Source: Zygophlyctis sp. KS116
Taxonomy: Eukaryota; Fungi; Chytridiomycota
Assembly: GCA_054661495.1 (NCBI GenBank)
Contig: BAAFSQ010000028.1
Location: 30,843-62,842 of the forward strand
Length of the DNA: 32,000 nucleotides
Reading direction: 5' to 3'
Position 1 is the first letter of the stretch. Each line of letters starts with the position of its first letter. The notes beneath the pieces are model-generated. The model was not told where the DNA came from. It worked only from the letters and a program-made list of their open reading frames with translations, and did not search any database. The position numbers were made by a program, and so were the translations under genes. Positions 1-9,819 of this stretch are shown piece by piece.

Positions 1-1011
1 AATTATCTCAAAAGCCTACCACTTGAAGAGAGTCCAGAAATTTTCTCGATGCATGAAAATGCCAATATTACATTTGCACAAAAAGAAACTTTTGCTATTT
101 TCGATACTCTAGTCGCACTTATGCCAAAATCGAGTAAAAGTGGCTCAGGAAAATCAAGGGATGAAATACTCATGGAAACTGTGGTGTCAATGCAATCTAA
201 AATCCCAAAACCATTCTCAATAGATAATGTCATGAGAAAATATCCTATAGATTATAAAGAGTCTATGTCAACTGTATTAATCCAGGAAGTAATTCGATTT
301 AATCGCTTATTATCTGTTATCCACTCTAGCTTGATAGAAATGGTAAAAGCATTAAAAGGATTAGTCGTTTTATCTGAACAGTTGGAAAACGCATGCAATT
401 CAATATTTTTGAATCAAGTCCCAACAACTTGGGCAGCAAAAGCATATCCGTCCTTGAAGAATTTATCTTCATGGGTAATTGATTTAATTGCACGTTGTGA
501 ATTTCTTCAAAGGTGGATTGATCAAGGAATTCCTATAGTTTTCTGGATCAGTGGGTTCTTCTTCCCTCAAGCCTTCTTAACAGGAACTCTTCAAAACTTT
601 GCCAGAAAATATGTTGTATCCATTGATTTGCTCTCTTATGATTTCAAAATTGTTGATACGAAATGGGAATCTATTCAATCTAAACCCGTTGATGGCTGTT
701 ATATCCGAGGATTGTATATGGAAGGTGCACGATGGGATCCAACGCGAAAAACACTAGCCGAGTCGAAACCAAAAGAGTTGTACTCTGACATGCCTGTTAT
801 TTGGCTTATCCCCAAGCCGCAAAGAAATAAACCAGAGACTGGGATCTATGATTGCCCAGTATACAAGACTCTAACTCGAGCGGGAACATTGTCTACCACT
901 GGCCACTCTACCAATTATGTACTAGCGATTGAAGTTCCATCTGAACATCCGCAGTCGCATTGGATAAAGCGTGGGGTGGCTCTGATTGCTAGTTTAGGCT
1001 CTGGATTTTAG
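1..1011 (+). CDS. DNAH1: Axonemal inner-arm dynein heavy chain, C-terminal part (5'-truncated by the window), DNAH1-like
   Basis: Motifs ESMSTVLIQEVIRFN, WAAKAYPSLKNLSSW, FWISGFFFPQAFLTGTLQNFARK, GLYMEGARWD and CPVYKTLTRAGTLSTTGHSTNYV...HWIKRGVAL match the C-terminal domain of single-headed axonemal dyneins. The paralogue call is from memory of the DNAH1 tail. Confidence 0.9.
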   Translation, partial: NYLKSLPLEESPEIFSMHENANITFAQKETFAIFDTLVALMPKSSKSGSGKSRDEILMETVVSMQSKIPKPFSIDNVMRKYPIDYKESMSTVLIQEVIRFNRLLSVIHSSLIEMVKALKGLVVLSEQLENACNSIFLNQVPTTWAAKAYPSLKNLSSWVIDLIARCEFLQRWIDQGIPIVFWISGFFFPQAFLTGTLQNFARKYVVSIDLLSYDFKIVDTKWESIQSKPVDGCYIRGLYMEGARWDPTRKTLAESKPKELYSDMPVIWLIPKPQRNKPETGIYDCPVYKTLTRAGTLSTTGHSTNYVLAIEVPSEHPQSHWIKRGVALIASLGSGF

Positions 1012-1059
1012 AATTTAAGAATAACTTAATAAATTGCAAGGGCAGAGGTTGGCGTTTGA

Positions 1060-2867
1060 ATGGAAAATCTAAAATCAGTTTTAAATAGATCTGAGTGGTC
1101 CCGAGTCTTGAAGGAATTCCCTGGACAAGGGGGAGAGAAATGGTTAACTTATCTTCGACTGGCGCTGTTTGAAATCTTGGATCTGACTGATGAGTCTCTG
1201 CACACAATGGAAAAGCTGTTTGATTTTGCTCATTTTGTAGTAGAGGCAGAGGAGATTGGTAAAAATCTATTTTATAAACTAATGCACAGATGCAAACATT
1301 CCGTTGTTGATAATTGAAGATGCGCTCGATGTTTTACCTATTTCTGCGATTGGCCGCATTTTTGATTATTTAGAGAATAATCTAGTTAGAATTACCAAAG
1401 GATTAGAGCCGGGAAAAGGGAAGGCATTGCCATTGTTGAGATTGTGTAATGAATCGCTTCGTAAACTCTCAAAGTCGGAAAATGCAAGTGTTTGTGGGAG
1501 GATTCAAGTGTTTTTAGCAAATGTTTTCCCTTTAAGTGAAAGATCTGGAGTTAATCTCAAGGGACTTTTTCATTTGGAAAATATAACTACTTTTGATGCT
1601 GATGTAGAAATGGAATCGGAAAAAAATAGGTTTGATGAGATTTATGGAGGATTTTGGAATTTACAGACTTGGTTTTCTCAACCAGTCTTATTATTTGATT
1701 CTGCTGAATTCGAGAAATTTAAAAATGTATTTTTTAAAAGTAATAATATGATAGATTGCTGATAAAACAATTAAATTATTTGAAGATATGACACAAGAAG
1801 AAACTAAATCAAGCATTGATAAAAAAAGAAAACCTGAAAAGAGATCTCAGTCGCAAATATCAAGTAATAAGGATTATTTTTTCCCAAAATACTTGACGTC
1901 AAAGAACTTGTTTGAATTAGAGGTATTATTTAAATTTTTAATTTTGGTAGATTAAAGATCATTCTTTTCGAAAGCAGATATTTGCTCAATTTTTTATTAT
2001 TTTTCAATTTTTAATTGGACAATCTGTAAAGGAACAGGAAAAGATGCGTGCGTTATTTGAAAAGACACCAGGAGTTTCTATGAGCAGGCATGTGAATTAT
2101 CAATTTACTCTTTCTGAAGATCAAGAAACGTGGATTTTGGATGCCAGGTCTAGATGTACAAAAATATTGGACAAACAGTCACCAGATGGTAGAATTTTTC
2201 TGAAAACATTTCAGCATGTCGCTGCGCATGAACGAAGCTGGCTACGTTGGAAATTAGAATCTTGTCCAAATGTAGAAAAAGCTAGCATTGATATCTCGCA
2301 AGGGGTTGCAAAGAAGAAATTAGAGGTAAAAAATGATTAAGTAATGTGAAGGTTTCAATGGCGACACAAAACACCTGGATTGGAAATGAGGAAATGTCTT
2401 GGTTATGGGAACAAGGCAGAGATGTTGAAAAGCTCTTAAATACGAAGAAAAGGTATTTTTATTCTTGAATGAAACATAGTTCGAAAATTCCTTCGCTTGA
2501 AAAGCATTTAACCGAACTTGATTTTCAGGTGAAAGAAGATGGATTTACTCTTGAGGATGGACTGGAGGATGACAAATACGTACTTTATAATGATATGACA
2601 TTTAACTGGCGTGCTTTCAGGATTGCTAGAACTAGCCATTTGACTCTGATAGATAAGTTAGACCCAGCAGCAAAAAATCCAACTCAATGTCTTCTGCAGA
2701 AATGGCGAGCTTCAAAAAGTGGTGAAATTGAATCACCAGATGGTGTATCTGATGAAGATAAATCAAAAGTAAATTATTGTGTCTTAACAATTCAGAAGAG
2801 GGTGATCGAGGGAATAGTGGATCCTGAAGCAGAATCTAAACGAATGAAAATGGACGAGACAATTTAG
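1060..2867 (+). CDS. THOC1: THO complex subunit 1 (Hpr1/THOC1), 7 exons
   Basis: Motifs LLRLCNESLRKLSK, CGRIQVFLANVFPLSERSGVNLKG, FFPKYLTSKNLFELE, WLRWKLESCP and IGNEEMSWLW. Frames are joined by introns 1259-1289, 1727-1754, 1923-1950, 2326-2351, 2453-2479 and 2769-2795. Confidence 0.92.
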
Positions 2868-2914
2868 GAAAGCAAATCAACTATTGATAAAATTGTTCTA
2901 TCACAAAGCCTGAT

Positions 2915-5036
2915 TTATGTTGAATTTTGTGTAAATTCAAAGGTTGCTGGCCAAGCGATCCGGCCGGACAAATTACGAATTAATACGAAATTTTTATGCT
3001 TGCGGTTTCCTCTATTTTTTGAACAGGGAAATATACTTACAGCGTTGACTTTTTAAAGATATGCAATAATTTTGAGAGCGAAAGAATACCAATAGCAGCA
3101 CCGCCACCCAAAGTGAATGAGAAATTGCCAGATGTGACATATCCGACGGTATCCTTACTTTCAGGGAAGGAATCCTATGAATTAAAAATCCTAATTTTCA
3201 TACCAGAAGAGGATGATTAGACTCATCAGAAAGCATGTCAATATCAGTTCTTTCAGTCCAGAACTGATACTTTTCCTCAGTAGCATCATAAATAATAGCC
3301 CGTTCTTGAGGAGCACCCTTTCCCAGCGTCAATAGGCGCACTCTAACCATGTAAGAATCCAAATCATCGTTTGATATATATTTCGATAAAACAGGAAAAA
3401 TGCATGAGATATGCTCTAAGAATTTACCGCATGGGTTTTCAAGAATATGAAAATTGTCTCGTTGAATAAACTTGGATAATTCTTTCAAGATTTCAGATTG
3501 ATCTAAAACTACTAATCGAGAATAGTTTGTTAAATCATCAAAAGGAATTTTGAATGGTGACTTAATCCCGATTTTTTGAAAGTTTATCTTTTTGTTTAAA
3601 GGGCGACGATTATATGCTTCTTCTTCTTCAATTTCTATCGTAGATGCCCAGTCATGATACGCTTTTGTCTCTGGATAGTCATATGGGAATGCTGGGATGC
3701 CTGATTCAAAATAGGAAGATCTTCTTTCTTTCAAACCCCCAGCTTTCCCTCCACCATACACCAATGCTCTCCAAAACTCCCTTGCCCAAGCTCTATGGAC
3801 AATGACATCCAATCCCTTTGAAACAGTACTAGTTGATTTCTCTGCTCCTATTTTCATCGGTATCGTCTGTGAGCGCTCCAAAATCAATATTGGAACACGA
3901 GCATCTTGACTTTCTGGCTTCAATGGAGTTCCAGGTATTAAATTCTTTGATCTCCTTTCATTCAATACAGCTTCAGATAACTTGCAACTTTCAATTTCTT
4001 TCAATTTATCCATTTCCCAAATCATTGAAGAAGACACATTCCAATCAACAACTTGAGATTCATTTTTTTCGACATCCATTTCTACTGAATTTCCCTTTTT
4101 AACTTTTTTCTTTGGATAAGTCAATCTCGGATCATTAACAGTTAGTGAGATAATCCCATTTGTAGGAACAAATTCAAGATCCTCCCAAGACTAGACATGA
4201 GCTATTTAGATTGCCTTACCTTTTGATCATGAACCAAATCCAAAGATCCTTTTAAAATTTGCAAACTTTGAGGACCAGTCAACTCAAACCTTGCATATTC
4301 TTCACTAACCTCTATTTCAACCTTTGATTGAGTATTTCCCCCAAATAATTCAAGAATTTCCTTTAAAATACACGGATGAATACTTAACCAACACTTTTCT
4401 TGATTCCAAATAAAAGATACTGGTCCAATTTTAACCCCTGGAAATTCCGAGTAAATCATTCTACTTGCAGGAATTTGAGTCATGATTGGATCTAGAGGAT
4501 CTATAAAAGAATTCAAAAAAAGTGCAATGTCCGCAAAATCCCCCTTTAAGAATACTGATGTAAAATATGAAACATCATAAATTGCAGCATAATTTGAATT
4601 AGCTCTATATAAAGCCTTTGTAGACTTTAAATTTGGAGTAAATGGAATTTTAAAACCCCATAAAGTAACCATCTTCATTCTCTTTGCATGCCAAACATGA
4701 GTTTCCATCCATTTCTTATCTATTTGCCTCTTTCCAAAATCAGAGTTTTTCCTTCTTTTCCTACGATTATTCTTATTTTTTTTCTGATCCACTGATCCCA
4801 TTGTTTTTGTAGCAAAAGCTCTCATTTTCTTTGGGAGTCTTTTAGGATCATGAGCAGCAGATCTTCTTCTCATAAATCTAGAAAGTCTTTGCCATGCAAC
4901 ATGCGGCCCCTTGAACTGATTAGCCTCTGCCAGATTCTTCTCCATACTCTTAATTTCAGTTTCCCTTGCCTTTGTTTAATCATTATCAACTTACCGAAAT
5001 GAATTCATTGATTGATATTCCAGTAGAGAGTTGCAT
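2915..5036 (-). CDS. POP1: RNase P/MRP subunit POP1, 5 exons
   Basis: Motifs MRRRSAAHDPKRLP, WMETHVWHAKRMKM, YDVSYF, FPYDYPETKAY and VGYVTSGNFS. Start exon MQLSTGISINEFIS is joined through a 25-nt intron (4970-4994) to ARETEIKSME. Further tiny introns lie near 4191-4219, 3175-3203 and 3011-3040. Confidence 0.92.
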
Positions 5037-5223
5037 TGATTGCTATCCAATTGAGAGTTTTATTTTATCCTGCAGCCCTTGCGTCCGTCCGTTGCGTCCG
5101 TTGAATGGCTCTATTGGATGTGGACAAGATCCGGTTGAATGCATTGGCATTACCATTGATGGCTATTGCATTGTCAGTTCTAAAGGACGGGATTATGTAA
5201 AGTACGAAATAATTCAAATTTCA

Positions 5224-5617
5224 ATGGGAAATTCCGCAAGTCAAATTCAATCGCCAACTGTTATTGTTAATCCAGAGTTTCCCTTTAGCGTCACTGCCCC
5301 ATTTGCAGAAATATTAAAGGTATAATCAAGGATTGTAACCATAGGACCCTTCAAAGGCAAAGACTTGGGTAGAAAGACAAGTCGAAAGGGAAAGAGAACG
5401 GGATCTCTACACTAGATCAATCGCAGAGTCTAAAACTGTTGCAGATGTCACTAGAGATACTCTAGACACTATAAAAAGTGTAGAATTATTTCATATTGAA
5501 AAGTCGCAGGATGCAATTATGGCAAAAGAGAATTTAGAAAAATGTTTGGCTCTCGGAAAGCCATTGAATTGCTCTGATCAAGTGAATGAATTCAAAAAAA
5601 TAGCTTCTTCATTCTAA
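5224..5617 (+). CDS. MIC19: MICOS subunit Mic19 (DUF1690/CHCH-like), 2 exons; missing as such from the ORF track
   Basis: MGNSAS N-myristoylation-type start, 25-nt intron 5320-5344, a coiled coil, and C-terminal CLALGKPLNCSDQVNEFKK resembling fungal Mic19 CL...RPLNC..EV..FK. Confidence 0.8.
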
Positions 5618-6530
5618 TTATGTTAAATCTGCAAAAAATGAGTCTTGTGCTTCACTTGTTAGATTTGAGGTTTGTATTCTGAGACAAGATTGGTTCTCAT
5701 CAGTTGAAGACATTCCTAATAAACATTGTGAATCATATCCAAGTATCATAGAGTCTATAGAGTTTGGATCAGTCCCACGTAAACATTTTCCAATAGAATT
5801 TGGGAAAAGATTTATAGAATAAATACTTCCATCGCCAAATCCAACAATTATCATGGATTCATTCCATTTAATTATTGATTCTACTGTTCCATGATTTAAT
5901 TTAATTCGATCTGTATGATCACCCCATTCTCCAACGTTAAATAATAATAAATTTCCAGTCTCTGTTCCAACCACTAATTTAGTTGAATTCTTTACTAAAC
6001 AAAAACAAGTTAATTCATCTTCTTGATATTCAGAGACTGCTAATGCTTTTTTATTCCTATCATCAAAGATTGATAAAAAGCCATCTGAGCCTGATACAAA
6101 GATTTGATGATCTACTTTCAAGATATCAGAGATTTGGTCTGCATTCTCTTTCCAAGAATGAATAAGCGATTTACTAGAAATATCCCATAATTTAACACTT
6201 CCATCATCAGCACCGGTTGTAACTAAATTGTGATCTAGTCTAATCACATTAACTGGAACAGAATCATGACTCTTGTTTCTCTTCAAAATGATTTTGCCTG
6301 AAAGTGAATATAATTGAAAGCTAGAATCAGCAGATGCAGATATAATTCCTATGATTAAAAATCAAACTCTTACTATCGGCATCACAATCGACAGATCTAA
6401 CAGCTTCAAAATGTTTATATTCCTTAAAAATAGTGGAATTTTTGACATAATTGTAAATTGAAATTTCACCAGAAATATTTCCAGTGATCATCAATGGAAG
6501 AGATGGATGTCCTGCAATGTCAAATATCAT
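5618..6530 (-). CDS. WDR55: WD40-repeat protein WDR55/Jip5, 2 coding exons
   Basis: Motifs AGHPSLP, VTTGADDGSVKLWD, SGSDGFLSIFD, SEYQEDELTC, WGDHTDRI and an SFFADL tail. A 25-nt intron near 6349-6373 joins the two ORFs. Confidence 0.85.
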
Positions 6531-6567
6531 GAAAAACTAGAAATTGTAAAATTTTAAAATTTCTTAC

Positions 6568-7398
6568 TTAAAATTCAACTGCAAGACCAAATGAAGAAAT
6601 TTCATGACTTGATTTTGTACTATTAGGAAGTAAGTCACTTTCTATTCCAAATATCAATTTTACATTTTGAAAAGGCAATTCCCATTTTAGTCCAAAAAGT
6701 CCTTTTGAATCTAATCTTACTTGAATAGCCTTGAATAAAATCCCAAGAGATAAATCTGATTCTAAACTGTACCTATTAAACTTGAATTTTGTTGATGCTT
6801 GAATTTTATCTCCAATTCCTATAGTATAACTTAAACTAGAATCTCCCATGATTGGATTTACTATAAGTACGTAATCTTGTCTTGATTCTTCATTCAAGGA
6901 TAATGATGCACCAATAGACATCCCACCTGCCCTTTCTGAAGGTGAATAAAACATTTCTCCTCCAATCTTTGCCGTCCATGGCTCTAATCCTTTTAAAGGT
7001 ATTGTAAATAATGTATTAAATCCAGGCTCTTTTGAATAGATTAAACCAATAGACCAATTTGGTTTTATACTATATAGAGTCTGAAAATGTAAATAATTAT
7101 TAGAAATTATATTCAATAGTCTCGATGAATGGCTGTAGGCGCCAATCATATCCACCGCCCCACTTCTATCTAGTCTAGATGCAATCAATAGATTAGAATT
7201 AGAATAAATGAATCCTAAATTCCCTTGTTTTGGAAGTTTTAATTTAAAGTGAATTGAGCCCATGGCCCGTTGTACAAATTCAGCCGAGAGACCGACCGGT
7301 GCATTCAAGTCTAGTAATTTATTACAAGTTTGATCAAGATCATGGAAACAAGAGTGTGGAAAGCGGTCAAGAATGAAATTCTGAATTTCAGACTTCAT
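6568..7398 (-). CDS. MDM10: Mitochondrial outer-membrane beta-barrel Mdm10 (ERMES/SAM), short form
   Basis: Motifs GNLGFIYS, GGEMFYS, AGGMSIG, LIVNPIMGDSSLSY, STKFKFNRYSLESDLSLG and terminal FGLAVEF resemble Mdm10. Confidence 0.8.
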   Translation of the reverse strand: MKSEIQNFILDRFPHSCFHDLDQTCNKLLDLNAPVGLSAEFVQRAMGSIHFKLKLPKQGNLGFIYSNSNLLIASRLDRSGAVDMIGAYSHSSRLLNIISNNYLHFQTLYSIKPNWSIGLIYSKEPGFNTLFTIPLKGLEPWTAKIGGEMFYSPSERAGGMSIGASLSLNEESRQDYVLIVNPIMGDSSLSYTIGIGDKIQASTKFKFNRYSLESDLSLGILFKAIQVRLDSKGLFGLKWELPFQNVKLIFGIESDLLPNSTKSSHEISSFGLAVEF

Positions 7399-7424
7399 TT
7401 ACAAACGCCACACTTAATAAACTG

Positions 7425-8357
7425 ATGAAACGACGGAATTGGATTTTTGGGTGTTGTATGATATGGCTGCACTTGCTGTTTTCAAATGAGGCACCGACAA
7501 ATGTAATTAAACTGTATAATATCCCTGGAACTTCAATCCCTGCAAAAATACATCAAACATGCAGAGAAAATCCATTAAACAGCGTTTTTAGATTGTTTAA
7601 TAACAAGAGATACATCAAGGCATGGAAGCAAAATAATTTAGATTTTGAATATTATTTTTGGAGGTACGATGATGTCCAAGTATTTGTCAATGGTAATTTT
7701 AAAAAATCTTAAAAAATAGAATATTATCCACAGTATTATGATGCATTTCAGAAATTACCAGTTCCAGAACTTAAATCGCATGTTTTTAGGTACATGGTAC
7801 TTAATACTCTAGGTGGGGTATATTCAGATTCAGATACAATTTTACTTAAACCTGTTAGGGAATGGATAAAACCACAATGGGCATGTAGTAATATTCAGTT
7901 TATTGCAGGTATAGAGTTTGATATTCCTTTTGAATATGGGGATTCATGGAAAGGATTTCATAAAAGTCCATTACAATTATGTCAATGGACAATGGCGTCT
8001 AGTCCAAATAATGATATATTGAATATATTACTGGGTCAAATATTCTCAATTATTAATAATTCTACTGTTGAAGAATTAAGATTAATGGATGTTGTGGATT
8101 TTACTGGTCCTGGGAGGTGGTCTAGAGTTATTTTTTCTAAATGGGAAGATGCAGGATTCAGTGTGGATGATTTTAGGGGTTTTGGAGATCATCCGAAATG
8201 TTTTTCTAATAGACTAATTCTTCCAATTACATGTTTCAATCCTGGTCTAACACATGGCTCGGAATATGGGAAAATGGGGTCTAAATCCATTTATGATTCT
8301 GATGCATTGGCTAAACACTCGTATGCTGGTTCTTGGAAATCAATGAAAATAAAATAA
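7425..8357 (+). CDS. GT32-family (OCH1/HOC1-like) glycosyltransferase, 2 exons
   Basis: N-terminal hydrophobic anchor, IPAKIHQT, FRYMVLNTLGGVYSDSD (DxD), QLCQWTMAS, FTGPGRWS and HSYAGSWK. 27-nt intron 7693-7719. Confidence 0.85.
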
Positions 8358-8396
8358 TTTTGTATTTGGAATTTATTTAGAAAAAAATATAGAAAT

Positions 8397-9599
8397 TTAT
8401 GATATCAATGCTTCATTTTGCAATGTGTTTTGGGAATCTTGTCTGATTCTCTCAGTAATCTTCTCCCAAACAAAAGTGTCCTTGTTTTCTTGGTTATCTA
8501 AAGATTCTTCAGTCTCTGTTTCAGTTTCAGATAATTTGGATTTTCCTTTTGAGCCAATAATAGATCCTGGAATTCGCAATTCAAAAGTTTCCATAAAGTC
8601 CTTCATTTCATCTAGATCTCTAAAATACAAGGTTAATTTCTCCTCTTTTTTGTACCATTTCAAACAAGGAATTGTGATTTTTATGTATCCTTCCATCCCA
8701 ACAGATATTAGACGCATTTTAGACAATGCAAATGTATATTTTGGAGTTTTTTCTTCAAAATAATACATTTTTGACTTTTCTGTCCCAATCATAGTCTGTA
8801 ACTCTTGCCTAAAATTATATTTTTCAGACATTTTCTGTTTATCAAGACTTGAAACTATAGAAAAAGAGTATACTTTATCTCCAAACTTTGTAAATAGCTG
8901 CATTTTTTTACATTTCTTGTCAAAAAATGCAACTCTTTCAGTAACACCATGTTTAACAATTTCAAGATTTTCAAAAAATAATTTTCTAGCCTTTGAGTCG
9001 TACTGTTCTAGCGGATTCCAAGGATCGGGAGAAGCAATTTTTTTTAAATCAATTTCCTGCAAGATTTGATTAAATTCCAGTAAAATTTGAGAATCAAGTT
9101 TCACAATTTCACTTGAAAGCGCGAATAATTCTTGTTGAAATTCCATTTCTCGTTCCATCATGTACTGCTTATTCGAAGCCAACCATCTCTGAAAGAGAAA
9201 ATCATCTTTTGAAGCTTGGATTTTTGTAAAATTTTCACGCAAATTTTCAATTTTCTTTTTCTTTTGCTTTAGGGTTTTATGAAAATTTGCAAATTTCTTT
9301 TCAATTTCAGATTTAAGCTTTGAAAATTTGCACATGAGAATTTTCGTCTTTTCATTCCTTGGAATCATTTCTTGACTATAATATTGTGTAACTTGTAAAA
9401 TTCTATCCTTTAAGCAAATATCAATTTTGGAGATTTCCTTTGAGAAAACAGAATAATTCTTGGTAATAGACTCTTGATTCTTAAGATTACCTTGTAATAG
9501 ATTTTGAATCAATTTTACTACTTGTAGAATCAAGTTTCCCCGAGAGGAAATGCTGTTGATGAGTTGGTTTTCCTGTTTGACAAAATCTAATTCCTTCAT
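8397..9599 (-). CDS. Uncharacterised protein with N-terminal coiled coil and possible C-terminal PH domain (BAR-PH/Slm1-like architecture possible)
   Basis: 400-aa intronless ORF. The N-half is helical and K/E-rich. A strand-rich region starting IVKHGVTERV and ending in helix LYFRDLDEMKDFMETFE is PH-like. The family is inferred. Confidence 0.55.
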   Translation of the reverse strand: MKELDFVKQENQLINSISSRGNLILQVVKLIQNLLQGNLKNQESITKNYSVFSKEISKIDICLKDRILQVTQYYSQEMIPRNEKTKILMCKFSKLKSEIEKKFANFHKTLKQKKKKIENLRENFTKIQASKDDFLFQRWLASNKQYMMEREMEFQQELFALSSEIVKLDSQILLEFNQILQEIDLKKIASPDPWNPLEQYDSKARKLFFENLEIVKHGVTERVAFFDKKCKKMQLFTKFGDKVYSFSIVSSLDKQKMSEKYNFRQELQTMIGTEKSKMYYFEEKTPKYTFALSKMRLISVGMEGYIKITIPCLKWYKKEEKLTLYFRDLDEMKDFMETFELRIPGSIIGSKGKSKLSETETETEESLDNQENKDTFVWEKITERIRQDSQNTLQNEALIS

Positions 9600-9627
9600 T
9601 TTTGACCTAGGATACTCCTAACCATGA

Positions 9628-9659
9628 TTCCGTTGAAACCTAGTAGTTCCGTTGAAACC
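9628..9659. repeat. 13-bp direct repeat TTCCGTTGAAACC x2 in a divergent promoter region
   Basis: Exact copies at 9628-9640 and 9647-9659. Confidence 0.8.
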
Positions 9660-9819
9660 ACACCATTTTTCAAGTCTTGACAAGTATTTATACACAATGT
9701 ATCTACCAATCTAATTTATATAATTATAGGCACTAGGTTACATTATGTCTAGAACAAGAATTATACTCTCATAAACCATCAAAAGATAACAGTTCAGAAA
9801 CCTAGTCACTAATCTCAAA

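Noticed and set aside
4966-5223. Cys-rich N-terminal part of the 119-aa ORF at 4966-5325
   Set aside because: It overlaps POP1 exon 1 and the divergent promoter. The real gene is better started at MGNSAS (5224).
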